From positions 1 through 61,010 of the IMG/VR virus record IMGVR_UViG_3300025725_000026: a DNA stretch of 61,010 nucleotides. One strand, 5' to 3'. Both the position numbers and the translations under genes were made by a program. The first letter of the stretch is position 1. Every line of letters starts with the position of its first letter. The notes beneath the pieces were generated by a model, which was not told the origin of the DNA, ran no database searches, and saw only the letters and a program-made list of their open reading frames with translations. The DNA comes from a virus. Taxonomy: Duplodnaviria; Caudoviricetes. Positions 47,212 through 57,216 of this stretch are shown in pieces.

Positions 47212-47708
47212 TGCCCATTAGGATATCGATCAAAATCACTGTTCCAGATGAAATACTCAACGCGAGGGATGTTAGGAACGCAATTATTCGCGCGCAACAA
47301 AGGGACACAGGCCCCGGGATCAGGCATTTATTTGAGCAAACCGTAACTGGCTGGAATAATCCCCCAGATTTCGAGATGCACCAAGAGATCACCAACGACC
47401 GAATTGCCATGCAGGTTTATCCCATTGGCATCAATGCTGAACAATATAAATTGGTGAATATGGGATCGCCGGCGCACATGGTACCGCGCCAGCCGGGATT
47501 TCTACGCTTTCAGACCGGATACCGATCGTCCACGCGTCCGCGTATCATAGGTTCCCGTGCCTTCGCTCGCTACGGACCCTATGCAACGGCACTTCAGGTA
47601 CATCATCCAGGCTTCGAAGCGCGTGCGTTCGACGAAGTGATCGGCGAGCAGTACGATCCGATCTTCCAGCAAGAAATGCAGGACGCTATTTCTTCCGTTC
47701 ACCCTTGA
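47211..47708 (+). CDS. Head morphogenesis/HK97 gp10-like protein
   Basis: GSPAH..P..FLRF..VHHPGFEARAF. Confidence 0.6.
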   Translation: MPIRISIKITVPDEILNARDVRNAIIRAQQRDTGPGIRHLFEQTVTGWNNPPDFEMHQEITNDRIAMQVYPIGINAEQYKLVNMGSPAHMVPRQPGFLRFQTGYRSSTRPRIIGSRAFARYGPYATALQVHHPGFEARAFDEVIGEQYDPIFQQEMQDAISSVHP

Positions 47709-47758
47709 CAAAATGAGAAGACCTTATCTTTCATGTTACAATTATATGGAGGACTCTT

Positions 47759-49459
47759 ATGAATGCTGACCAGAAGAAACAACACCGCAAGGAACTGAAG
47801 GCCAGGGTGGCCCAGAGAAAAATCGAAAAAGCCCAGGAACTCTCCGATCTTGAAGATGAAGAGGAACTGGACGTTTTAGAAACGGCGGAAGAGTCTCCGG
47901 TTGAAAAGGATATGGGCATGATGCCCATGGATTCATATCAAGTCGAACCAGGTCCGACTTCTTTTGCTGAACTCGATGAAATGAAGGCTTCCGAAGAACA
48001 AGCTGATGCCGTTATGGAAGTCACTTGGCAGACCCGGGATTTGGTTGGCAACATCCTTCACAGTCCAGATCTCGATCCTACCGAGAAAGCCGATGCCATG
48101 AAACTGGTGGCGGATGAATTTGCGGCCCGGGTAACGACCGAGATCAAGAATGAGCAGAAAGACCTCGACCTGCTTGAGCTCGAAGCCATAATTGCCCACG
48201 ACCGACGCTCCATGTCGGCATTCGAATATGTGGAAGATGTCGCCAAACGTGTTTTAGGTTCTGGCGGAATAGATAACCTCAGCGACAAGGCTCATGTGCG
48301 TAATGCGCTTGCACGTGCTGCCCAGATGATGAAGCGTGGAGGATCTGCTGCATCCGATGCTCGATCTGCGCTTCCCAAGATCCATGCTGCCGCCAAGAAA
48401 ATGGGGATCGGTTCGAGCACGGCTAAAGAACGGAATGCCATCCTTGTCCAGAAAGACGCCAAGAACGACTGGCGCTGGGTGGGATGGGTTTCCAACAACT
48501 TCGTCGATTGGGATGGTGACATCATCTCGGAAGACGCTCACAAGGAATATGTGGAGTGGTGGGAGAAGAACAAAGATCTTTCGCCTGTGTCTGTATCTTG
48601 GCACACTCCGGGGACTGCCCGCGAGGCACCCGTGGATTTCATGATGTATGAGAATGGCTTCCTGATAGCCAGTGGTATACTTAATGAGCAGGAAGCAGCG
48701 GGATTACTGAAGGCGCAAAGCAAACAAGACCTCGGGATGTCGCACGGCTCGTTCGTTTTTGGCAGAGATGCCAAGGATCCGCGCGTCATTACGAAGTACC
48801 GCATGTACGAAGTTTCTGATTTGCCGCTTGCAAATGCGGCCAATCCTTTCACTGATTTTGAAACTCTGGTTAAGGAGGTCGGTATGGATAACAAGTTAGA
48901 ATATTTGACATCGATCATGGGCAGCGAAGAGAAGGCGAAAGCCTTTATCGAAAAGACTGGCATGAAGAAAGAGGCTCTTCATGCTGCCGGTGTGGAAAGC
49001 AAAGAGAAGGTCATCGATTCTAATGATCCCAAGCCTGCTCCCAAACCAGAACCGGAACCCCTTCCTGTTCCTGAACCCACTCCTGTTCCCACAGTCGTCA
49101 CCACCATTATCAACGCCCCCACGGCTGAAGAGCTTGTGGCGCAGGTGATGAAGGAAATGGACGTTCCTGGGCTGGAAGCCTTTGTGAAATCCGCTCAGGC
49201 TGCCATGGATAAAGTGCCCGTTCTTGAGGAACTCGTCAAGTCCCTGCAGGGCACCCAGGAAGAGAAGTTGGCAGAGGTTCTGACCCCGCCAGCCGCTCGC
49301 TTCTCATGGTCGCAAAAGAACCGGGCTTCGCAGTCCACAGAGACCGTTCTGAAGGACGACAAGAAAGACGGCGATCTCAAAAAGAGTTTACCGGGCGTTC
49401 CCGAGGAATATTGGCTGTCCAATATTACCCAGACCGCGCCTGTCATTGAATCCAAGTAG
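47759..49459 (+). CDS. Prohead protease/scaffold protein
   Basis: SNNFVDWDGDIIS, SWH, GMSHG, YEVSDLP..AANPFT; precedes capsid. Confidence 0.75.
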   Translation: MNADQKKQHRKELKARVAQRKIEKAQELSDLEDEEELDVLETAEESPVEKDMGMMPMDSYQVEPGPTSFAELDEMKASEEQADAVMEVTWQTRDLVGNILHSPDLDPTEKADAMKLVADEFAARVTTEIKNEQKDLDLLELEAIIAHDRRSMSAFEYVEDVAKRVLGSGGIDNLSDKAHVRNALARAAQMMKRGGSAASDARSALPKIHAAAKKMGIGSSTAKERNAILVQKDAKNDWRWVGWVSNNFVDWDGDIISEDAHKEYVEWWEKNKDLSPVSVSWHTPGTAREAPVDFMMYENGFLIASGILNEQEAAGLLKAQSKQDLGMSHGSFVFGRDAKDPRVITKYRMYEVSDLPLANAANPFTDFETLVKEVGMDNKLEYLTSIMGSEEKAKAFIEKTGMKKEALHAAGVESKEKVIDSNDPKPAPKPEPEPLPVPEPTPVPTVVTTIINAPTAEELVAQVMKEMDVPGLEAFVKSAQAAMDKVPVLEELVKSLQGTQEEKLAEVLTPPAARFSWSQKNRASQSTETVLKDDKKDGDLKKSLPGVPEEYWLSNITQTAPVIESK

Positions 49460-49469
49460 GAGGTGAAGT

Positions 49470-51005
49470 ATGTTACCTAAATTGAAAGAAGTCGATGCGA
49501 CTCAGGATCCCGAGAAATTGATGAAGGCTTTTGCCGAAGTCATCGGGAAGTACATGCAGCCTGAGAATATTCGAAAGGCCCAGACCGTGGGCGCACCAGT
49601 CGGACCGTACATCTATGGTCCTGGTGGACTCTTCGGTGTGAAGGGTCTCGAGCGCGATATCATATCGACCCATACCCAGATTACCGGGTCCTTGGGCGAG
49701 ATGATCCCGATCGCGTCCTCCAACGATCTCAATCCGCTGTTCCCCTACATCACTGGCTTCCTGCGCAGTGATCAACAGGAAAAGAACGGCGTCTGTGATG
49801 ATCCCGTGGCTGCCGCGAACTTCAAAACCTGCATCCAGACCACCGTGTTTGGACGCAAAGAGTTCAAGACCCGCCAGGCTGAGATCAACCATATCGGACA
49901 GCGCCAGAACCGTGGCGAATTTCACGATCTAAACGTCGTGAATGGTCCATTGGTTGAGCAGATGGGTGGGCTCATGCAAGGCTTCTTCGGTCTGCAGAAC
50001 CAATCCGCCATCTTTGCCGGGCGCGAAATGGTCATGCGCCTGGTGGAAGTCGGCGTGGCTTATCAGCGCTGGTTCTGCCCGCAGGTCTATACGGGCAACC
50101 CGGCCAACAACTCGGCTGGTGGTGGCTACAAAGAATTCCCCGGCCTCGACTTGCTGATCGGTACAACCAAGATCGACGCCCTGACCGGTGCTGCATGCCC
50201 AAGCCTGCGCTCGGACATCAAGGACTTCAATGGCCTTGTTGACCGGACGACCGATCCTGACATCGTGCGTGTACTCACGACCATGATGCGGATCCTGAGG
50301 GCCAAGGCGAACAGCCAAGGTTTAGGTCCCGTGGATCTCCGATTGGTCATGCGCGACGAGCTCTTCTATGCTCTGACCGAGATCTGGCCATGCCGCTACT
50401 TGACTTACCGCTGTGCTTCCGTTACCCCGGCTACTGGTTTGTCGGGTTCAGAGGGTTCGTTCAGTACGGAAGCCATGTTCCGCATGAAGACCGAGATGCG
50501 CACAGGTTCATTCCTGTACATCGATGGCGTCCAGGTGCCGGTTATCATCGATAACTGCATCGCTGAGGACAACTCGACCTCCAACGGCAACATTGCGGCC
50601 GGCAGCTTCGGCTCCGACATCTACATCGTGCCGTTCAGCGCTCGCGGTGGAACCATTCGAACGCTCTACTGGGAACACTACGACTACCGGAATGACGTAC
50701 TGCCCGCAGTTGGCGACGCACATGCCGGCACGTTCTTCTGGTCCGACGGTGGCGTGTTCTTGTGGGGGCTGAAGGCTCCGGATAATTGGTGTATAGAGCT
50801 CATCTCCAAGGTTGAGCCACGGCTAATCCTGCGTACTCCGCAGTTGGCTGGTAGACTCACCAACATCTTTTATGCTCCATTGCAGCATCTCGATGACCCG
50901 CTTCCTAGCCAGAACTACTTTGTAAACGGGGGAGTACCTTCCGGCCGACCCGCTCCTTCTCCGTATTCAGAATGGAATCTGAGTGGACCTGGATTCAATT
51001 CGTGA
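49470..51005 (+). CDS. Major capsid protein
   Basis: AGGAGGT RBS, strong codon bias, synteny, followed by terminator. Confidence 0.8.
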   Translation: MLPKLKEVDATQDPEKLMKAFAEVIGKYMQPENIRKAQTVGAPVGPYIYGPGGLFGVKGLERDIISTHTQITGSLGEMIPIASSNDLNPLFPYITGFLRSDQQEKNGVCDDPVAAANFKTCIQTTVFGRKEFKTRQAEINHIGQRQNRGEFHDLNVVNGPLVEQMGGLMQGFFGLQNQSAIFAGREMVMRLVEVGVAYQRWFCPQVYTGNPANNSAGGGYKEFPGLDLLIGTTKIDALTGAACPSLRSDIKDFNGLVDRTTDPDIVRVLTTMMRILRAKANSQGLGPVDLRLVMRDELFYALTEIWPCRYLTYRCASVTPATGLSGSEGSFSTEAMFRMKTEMRTGSFLYIDGVQVPVIIDNCIAEDNSTSNGNIAAGSFGSDIYIVPFSARGGTIRTLYWEHYDYRNDVLPAVGDAHAGTFFWSDGGVFLWGLKAPDNWCIELISKVEPRLILRTPQLAGRLTNIFYAPLQHLDDPLPSQNYFVNGGVPSGRPAPSPYSEWNLSGPGFNS

Positions 51006-51024
51006 CGTTCCTCTCAATAGACTG

Positions 51025-51051
51025 GGAGGGGAGAAATCCCCTCCCTTTTTT
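51025..51051 (+). terminator. Intrinsic terminator
   Basis: GGGAGGGGA-gaaa-TCCCCTCCC followed by a T-tract. Confidence 0.85.
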
Positions 51052-51190
51052 ATATTGTCTTTTTCTTCCTTTGAGTGTATAATGTGACCCATGAGGTATT
51101 TGGTTTGATCGACCAGAAAAGAAGGCCGCTTCCCCTCCCCTCGTGGGCCACATTATGCCCTTCAAGGAAGCAATAAGGACAGAGCGAAGC

Positions 51191-51661
51191 ATGGTACAAA
51201 TCTCATTGAATGGATCAAATGAAGTAGCAATCATTGATGATTGCGATTTTGCGATTATCTCCCCATATAGATGGAATGTAAACTTTGGAAGATATGCTGG
51301 GGCTTGGATAAACGGAAAACAAGTTCTATTGCACAGATTCGTTATGGGGGCAAAAGAAGGAGACGAGGTAGATCATATTCACAACGAGAATACATTTGAT
51401 TGTAGACACGAAAACTTGCGTCTTTGTACTCATAGCCAGAACATAGCAAATGATGGACCAAAGTCAAATAACAAGTTGGGCGTGAAGGGTGTCGACTTGG
51501 TAAAAACGACGGGGAGATTTAGGGCAACTATCCGAAAGGATTACAAGAAAATTCATATCGGTATATTCGGTACCCTGAAGGAAGCGGCCGAAGCCTACAA
51601 TCTGGCCTCGCTTAAGTATTTCGGCGAATTCGGTTATCAGAATGATCTGGAGGCGTTATGA
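51191..51661 (+). CDS. HNH-AP2 homing endonuclease
   Basis: AIIDDCDF, LHRFVM..VDHI..ENLRLCT..QN, GVKGV..FRATI..HIGIF..EAAEAYN. Confidence 0.88.
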   Translation: MVQISLNGSNEVAIIDDCDFAIISPYRWNVNFGRYAGAWINGKQVLLHRFVMGAKEGDEVDHIHNENTFDCRHENLRLCTHSQNIANDGPKSNNKLGVKGVDLVKTTGRFRATIRKDYKKIHIGIFGTLKEAAEAYNLASLKYFGEFGYQNDLEAL

Positions 51662-52617
51662 TACCAACTGGTGAAGTTTTATTGACTGGCGGAAGTGGCA
51701 CGCTGGGCAGGGCAATCATCAATCGGGCCATCAAAGAAAAGTGGAATTGCAGAATTACGATTTACTCTGGGGATGTTCTAAAGCACCACAAGATAAAACA
51801 AGATTACCCCGAGGTTCAGTCGATCGTAGGGGACGTAAGAGATTACGCAACCCTAATGAATGCAATGGTGGGAAAAGACTACGTTCTTCACTTGGCAGCC
51901 AAAAAACATATCCCAGAGAGCGAATTCAACTGTGCAGACACGTTTGAGGTCAACGTAACTGGTTCCATGAATGTCTGCCAAGCTGCCATGCAACTGGACA
52001 CCCCGCATGTTTTGGGGATCTCCACAGATAAGGCAGCGCACCCAGCGAATTGTTATGGCGCAACCAAAATGCTCATGGAAAAGATATTCGCTGAATATTC
52101 GCGCCTGGGTCTCAAAACCCAATACCACTTAGTCCGGTATGGAAACGTCCTAGAGAGCAATGGATCTGTGATAGAAACTTGGCGAAAGTGTGTTGCAAAC
52201 AATCAGCCGATCAAGATAACCAGTCCTGCTATGACGAGGTTCTGGCTATCACCCAGCCAAGCTGTTCAGTACGCTCTCGATGCCCTTGAACTTCCCTCGG
52301 GCCACATCTTCATCCCGCTCCTGCCGGCTCTGTCCATTGGAAAGTTGGCTGAGTACACCCTCTGGGAAAACGAGGAAGAGTGGAAAAAGCACCCGGCTGT
52401 AATCATCCCTCTCCGCCCAGGCGAAAAGGTTCACGAATCTCTACTGACCTTCGAAGAGATTTGGTACTGCGAGCGATGTTATGGCAAACTGGGAGAAGCC
52501 AGGGATTTGCGCCCTACCACTACCAAGCAAAACGACGCCCCTTATCTCCCGTTGATCAGCGACACCGCCCCCGAACTCACCAAGCAAGAACTGCTCGACC
52601 TACTCGCCAATGGATAA
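51658..52617 (+). CDS. NDP-sugar 4,6-dehydratase (PseB/FlaA1/CapD-like)
   Basis: TGGSGTLG, GDVRD, HLAAKKHIP, ISTDKA, YGATK, RYGNV, MTRFW, LRPGEKVHE. Confidence 0.88.
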   Translation: MIPTGEVLLTGGSGTLGRAIINRAIKEKWNCRITIYSGDVLKHHKIKQDYPEVQSIVGDVRDYATLMNAMVGKDYVLHLAAKKHIPESEFNCADTFEVNVTGSMNVCQAAMQLDTPHVLGISTDKAAHPANCYGATKMLMEKIFAEYSRLGLKTQYHLVRYGNVLESNGSVIETWRKCVANNQPIKITSPAMTRFWLSPSQAVQYALDALELPSGHIFIPLLPALSIGKLAEYTLWENEEEWKKHPAVIIPLRPGEKVHESLLTFEEIWYCERCYGKLGEARDLRPTTTKQNDAPYLPLISDTAPELTKQELLDLLANG

Positions 52618-53965
52618 CAACGGATCGGTACAACTGCTCGTAGGCGATTGCTTGGAAACGTTGAAAACTTTGCCCGATTGTTCTGTTCAATGCTGTGTTA
52701 CTTCGCCTCCTTTTTATGGCCTCCGGGACTATGGAACTGCAAAATGGGAAGGCGGGGATCCGGAGTGTGATCACAATCCCCAAGCCCCAGATGGTGGTGA
52801 TAGGACCGATCGTACACTTCCACTAGGTCGGGGTGGTGTTTATAAAAACACATGCAAGATGTGTGGAGCAGTCCGCAAGGACAGCCAGATTGGTTTGGAA
52901 GAAACGCCGGAAGCCTATGTCGCCAAACTGGTCGCCGTGTTCCAAGAAGTAAAGCGAGTGCTGAAAGACGATGGCACATTTTGGCTGAATTTGGGAGATT
53001 CCTACAACGGGAGTGGTGGTGCTGGCGGGGACTATGCTCCCGGAGGATTGAAGGAGGGACAACCCAAATATCCCGGTAGGCATATATCGGCACTCAAGCC
53101 CAAAGACCTTATCGGCATTCCTTGGATGGTCGCCTTTGCCCTGCGCGCCGATGGCTGGTGGTTACGCTCTGACATCATCTGGGCGAAGCCTAATCCAATG
53201 CCGGAATCCGTTACAGACAGATGTACCAAGTCGCATGAGTATATCTTCCTGCTTACCAAGTCGGCGCGGTATTACTACGATGCGGAGGCGATAGCGGAAC
53301 CCGCCAATTACGATGGGCGCAAGGACGAACAATTCAAGGGCGCAATCAAATCTTACGATGGCGTTATGCCGAATGGGCAACCGCAATCATTCGCCCAGAA
53401 CGGCCACGCTCGTTGGAATAAGAACTCCGAAGGCGTCCGTATTCGCAACAAGCGCGATGTCTGGACTGTCACCACTAAGCCATACCGAGAAGCGCATTTC
53501 GCCACGTTTCCCCCCGACCTGATAGAACCCTGCATACTTGCTGGCACGTCCGAGAAGGGCGAATGCCCGAAGTGCGGGAAGGCATGGAAGAGAGTGGTAG
53601 AGAAGGCAGGAGAACCGCCTATTGATGTATTCACGAATACAAATAAGCCACAAGATGGGAAGGTATCTGTAAACAAAACTGGCATGGGAATGGGGCAGAA
53701 ATATCAGGATTGGAAAGACGAACACCCCTCACGAACCACCGGTTGGCAGCCTCAATGTGACTGCGTTGACGATATCGACATCCACAATCCCGAAGGACCG
53801 TTAGTTCCTGTCCCCCAAACTGTTCTTGACCCCTTCAGCGGCTCCGGAACCACCGGCGCAGTCTCAATCAAGCACGGCAGAAATTATGTCGGCTGCGAAC
53901 TCAATCCGAGTTACATCGATATGACCAATCGCCGGCTGGCGAAAGTCCAACCGCTATTGCTATGA
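52610..53965 (+). CDS. N4/N6 DNA methyltransferase (beta class)
   Basis: TSPPF, WLNLGDSY, IIWAKPNPMPES, HFATFP, LDPFSGSGTT. Confidence 0.92.
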   Translation: MDNNGSVQLLVGDCLETLKTLPDCSVQCCVTSPPFYGLRDYGTAKWEGGDPECDHNPQAPDGGDRTDRTLPLGRGGVYKNTCKMCGAVRKDSQIGLEETPEAYVAKLVAVFQEVKRVLKDDGTFWLNLGDSYNGSGGAGGDYAPGGLKEGQPKYPGRHISALKPKDLIGIPWMVAFALRADGWWLRSDIIWAKPNPMPESVTDRCTKSHEYIFLLTKSARYYYDAEAIAEPANYDGRKDEQFKGAIKSYDGVMPNGQPQSFAQNGHARWNKNSEGVRIRNKRDVWTVTTKPYREAHFATFPPDLIEPCILAGTSEKGECPKCGKAWKRVVEKAGEPPIDVFTNTNKPQDGKVSVNKTGMGMGQKYQDWKDEHPSRTTGWQPQCDCVDDIDIHNPEGPLVPVPQTVLDPFSGSGTTGAVSIKHGRNYVGCELNPSYIDMTNRRLAKVQPLLL

Positions 53966-54699
53966 CTGAACCCTGGGAACTCATGCTGGACTGCAAAAGT
54001 CAGGGCGGCAACGCTTCCTATCCTGCTCCCAAGCTCTGCATAGCCCTGCTGACCTACATGCGCACCGAAATGGCTGTCAGGACCGTGCAGGGCATCGTCG
54101 ATCACCTCGACTATCCAAAGGAACTCGTATCATTCTACGTGGCCGATGATGGATCCCCGAAAGAACACATGGATGTCATCTTCCGCACGATCACGGACGG
54201 CGGGTACCAGATCGCCGGCTATCACAACGAGCGCTCTATGCCCAACAGTCCCTTCTGTGGGATCGGGTGGAACAAGGCGCTCAGGTTTTGCCACTCAGTC
54301 TCCGACTACATCATGCTCCTCGAGGACGACTGGGTGCTGAAACAGGATATGGATATCAGACCCTTCATGTGGACACTCCAAGATCGCCAAGATGTGGGTA
54401 TAATACGATGCAGTGGGCTGACCACTGATAACATCCTGCAGGTCGTTGTGGATCGTGGCACTCACTACTTTCAATACCTGCGCTCGCGGCCCTTCTGTTA
54501 CTCGGGCAACCCGCATATCAGACACCTGCGCTTCACCGAGTATTATGGACTATTTGCCATCGACGTTTCGCCTGGAGATATCGAAGTGTATTATGACGCG
54601 AAGTTCCACAGGATGAAGGATGGCCCCAACATCTGGCGGCCGTGCGACCAGCCGGCGTGGGGCATATTCAATCATATTGGAAATGCGAGGACTTGGTAA
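53962..54699 (+). CDS. GT2-family glycosyltransferase
   Basis: IALLTYMR, VADDGS, LLEDDW, FNHIG. Confidence 0.82.
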   Translation: MTEPWELMLDCKSQGGNASYPAPKLCIALLTYMRTEMAVRTVQGIVDHLDYPKELVSFYVADDGSPKEHMDVIFRTITDGGYQIAGYHNERSMPNSPFCGIGWNKALRFCHSVSDYIMLLEDDWVLKQDMDIRPFMWTLQDRQDVGIIRCSGLTTDNILQVVVDRGTHYFQYLRSRPFCYSGNPHIRHLRFTEYYGLFAIDVSPGDIEVYYDAKFHRMKDGPNIWRPCDQPAWGIFNHIGNARTW

Positions 54700-54923
54700 T
54701 GCCTGAAAAGCAGAGTTCACAAACACGCAAGGGCGGGAAGAATATGTCGACATCCGCCCACAAGAAAGAGCGCTACGCGTTCTATAAGTCCAACTCCTAT
54801 GCCAAGAACAAACTCAAGAGGATCCTGCGCAGTTGCGGCGTAAACTTTGCCAAGGCTTGGGCAAGAACCCACATGGGCGAAACGGCATTGCAGAGATTGA
54901 TGAAAGGACGGGAAGATGTCTGA
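54699..54923 (+). CDS. Small basic hypothetical protein
   Basis: TAATG coupling; Lys/Arg-rich. Confidence 0.5.
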   Translation: MPEKQSSQTRKGGKNMSTSAHKKERYAFYKSNSYAKNKLKRILRSCGVNFAKAWARTHMGETALQRLMKGREDV

Positions 54924-55497
54924 AACTTATGACGGCAGGTCGTCCGAGGTCTGGATGGATGGTTTGGAGGAAATGGACAAAAACAACATTCGCCATCTTT
55001 TGGTTCTTTTTGCTTATTTAGGAATACCAGAATCCTTTTTGGACGTTGGTTGTGGTACCGGCGTAATGGTGAGATTGGCTCAAAAACTAGGAGTTCGGTC
55101 TTATGGACTGGACCAATTGGTTGAACCGGATTGGGGCGAGGGCTTCGTTCACATGAACTTGGTTGATTATTGGCAGGCCCCCGAACCAGTAGACATTGTG
55201 TGGTGCGTGGAAGTAGCAGAGCATATTCATGAGTCTGCGCACGCAACGCTATGCGACACCATAGTAAAAAATCTAAAAAAAGGTTCTGGGCACTATGTCA
55301 TATTTTCGGCAGCACGCCCAGGTCAAGTCGGCGCTGGACACGTCGCGTGCCGGCCCGCATCGTACTGGCATAACGAAATGATTCTTCGTGGAATCGGATA
55401 TAACCGTGAGGCCACGATGAACCTAGCCCTCTTGTTCAGCAACTGTAATTCCAGCTTAGATTATCTATGGGATAATTTAATTTGCTTCTCCACGTAA
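54916..55497 (+). CDS. Class I SAM-dependent methyltransferase
   Basis: FLDVGCGTG, CVEVAEHI, FSAARPGQ.GAGHV. Confidence 0.88.
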   Translation: MSETYDGRSSEVWMDGLEEMDKNNIRHLLVLFAYLGIPESFLDVGCGTGVMVRLAQKLGVRSYGLDQLVEPDWGEGFVHMNLVDYWQAPEPVDIVWCVEVAEHIHESAHATLCDTIVKNLKKGSGHYVIFSAARPGQVGAGHVACRPASYWHNEMILRGIGYNREATMNLALLFSNCNSSLDYLWDNLICFST

Positions 55498-55498
55498 T

Positions 55499-56452
55499 AT
55501 GATAATCACCCGGACTCCTTTAAGAATTTCCCTCTGCGGCGGAGGTACTGACCTCCCCCAATTTTACGAGCGCCACGGCGGTGCTTGTGTAAGTTTTGCG
55601 ATATCCAAATATGTATATGTAACGGTTAATCAGAAATTTGACACACAGATCCGGCTTTCCTACTCGAAGACTGAGAACGTGCGCAAGGCGTCGCAGTTGA
55701 AGCACGACATCGCACGTGCATGCCTGCAAGGGATGGCCGGACTCGAGATCACATCGGTCTCCGATATACCGGGCGAGGGTACGGGCCTGGGTTCGTCCAG
55801 TTCGTTCGCTGTCGGCCTGCTCAATGCACTCCACCATATTCCCGGAACCGGCAACTTGGCCGAGATGGCTTACCTAGCCGAACTGGGTTGTGGGCACGGC
55901 GCTGGAAAACAGGACTTTTATGCCGCAGCCTACGGTGGCCTGCACTTATTCCAATTCCACAAAGACGGCAGTGTTTGCGCCGAACCGCTCATAACAAACG
56001 GGGACATATTGGAGTTACAGGATTATTTCCTGCTCTTCTGGACCGGCAAGACTCGCAGGGCGTCGAAGATACTCCACCAGCAGGCTATAAACATCTCCCA
56101 GGACGGCACCGCTGAATTTGCGGCGTTGGACATGCGTGATTTAGCTCTTGATCTCGCCCGCGAGTTGCGTGATGGCAACATAGAGGCAGTGGGGCCATTC
56201 CTGAATGAGAATTGGGCATTGAAGAAGAAGCTGGCTCCCGGGATCTCCGATGTATGGATAGACGATGTTTACGAGAAAGCCATGGAGGCAGGTGCGACTG
56301 GCGGCAAAATTTGTGGCGCCGGAGGAGGCGGTTTTTTGCTTTTGTTCGCCGAGCCCAAATACCATGCCGCAATTGAACTAACCGTTGGAATGCGCCGTAT
56401 ATTCTTTGAGATCGAAGAGGAAGGATCAAAGGTTATCTATGGTTGCCGTTAA
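55499..56452 (+). CDS. hddA: GHMP kinase, D-glycero-D-manno-heptose-7-phosphate kinase-like
   Basis: RTPLRISLCGGGTD, GTGLGSSSS, GKQD..AAAYGG, GGKICGAGGGGFL. Confidence 0.85.
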   Translation: MIITRTPLRISLCGGGTDLPQFYERHGGACVSFAISKYVYVTVNQKFDTQIRLSYSKTENVRKASQLKHDIARACLQGMAGLEITSVSDIPGEGTGLGSSSSFAVGLLNALHHIPGTGNLAEMAYLAELGCGHGAGKQDFYAAAYGGLHLFQFHKDGSVCAEPLITNGDILELQDYFLLFWTGKTRRASKILHQQAINISQDGTAEFAALDMRDLALDLARELRDGNIEAVGPFLNENWALKKKLAPGISDVWIDDVYEKAMEAGATGGKICGAGGGGFLLLFAEPKYHAAIELTVGMRRIFFEIEEEGSKVIYGCR

Positions 56453-56816
56453 GCCCAAATTACTTTTCCTGGACGACAGAAGCAAGCGCATACACGCTGC
56501 CATCGAACTCTACTCCCCTATGTTCGCTGTCACGATCGTAACAAACGTAACCGAGTGCCTGCGCCTGATGGCGAATGAGGAGTGGCACGCCTGGTCTCTC
56601 GATCACGACCTGTCGGGTCAGGAGTTCATGGATCCCGACAGCAAGTACAGCGGGATGGAGATCGTGCGCTATCTCGAAAAGACAGCATGGCCCAAAGAGA
56701 AACGCAAGCCAAATATCCTCATCCACTCCTCCAACGTCTTCGCGGCCACTCTCATGGAAAAACGGTTGAAAGCCATGGGCTTCAGTGTCTGCCGGCAGAG
56801 GTTTCAATATGCTTAA
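56439..56816 (+). CDS. Stand-alone receiver-like (cyclic-phosphate-processing REC) protein
   Basis: LFLDDR, SLDHDL, SGMEIV, IHSSN motifs. Confidence 0.72.
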   Translation: MVAVKPKLLFLDDRSKRIHAAIELYSPMFAVTIVTNVTECLRLMANEEWHAWSLDHDLSGQEFMDPDSKYSGMEIVRYLEKTAWPKEKRKPNILIHSSNVFAATLMEKRLKAMGFSVCRQRFQYA

Positions 56817-57216
56817 AAGGGGCATCGTTGCTGGCTCGTTCGATATCATCCACCCGGGCTACATACGCATGTTCAAGGACGCCAAGAAGGTCTGCGACTA
56901 TCTGATCGTCGCATTGCAGGATGACCCGTCCATTGAGCGCCCGAAGACTAAGTTTCATCCCATCTTCACGCGCGAGGAACGCCTTGAGATCCTGATGTCC
57001 ATCCTTTATGTGGACGAGGTTCGGTACTACGAGACCGAGAATGATCTGGTCTTGCTTCTCCTCGACATCAAGCCAGACATCCGCATTATCGGCGACGATT
57101 ATGCGGATGAACACATCACGGCTAAAGGAATGATACCTCTCTACTACCACCACAGAGAAACTGGATGGTCTGTAACCAAGGTTCGTAAAATGATTAACGA
57201 AAGGAAGATGCCATGA
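56809..57216 (+). CDS. Cytidylyltransferase-family nucleotidyltransferase (TagD/RfaE-like)
   Basis: GSFDIIHPGY, LIVALQDD, EERLE..YVDEV, IGDDY, WSVT. Confidence 0.85.
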   Translation: MLKRGIVAGSFDIIHPGYIRMFKDAKKVCDYLIVALQDDPSIERPKTKFHPIFTREERLEILMSILYVDEVRYYETENDLVLLLLDIKPDIRIIGDDYADEHITAKGMIPLYYHHRETGWSVTKVRKMINERKMP

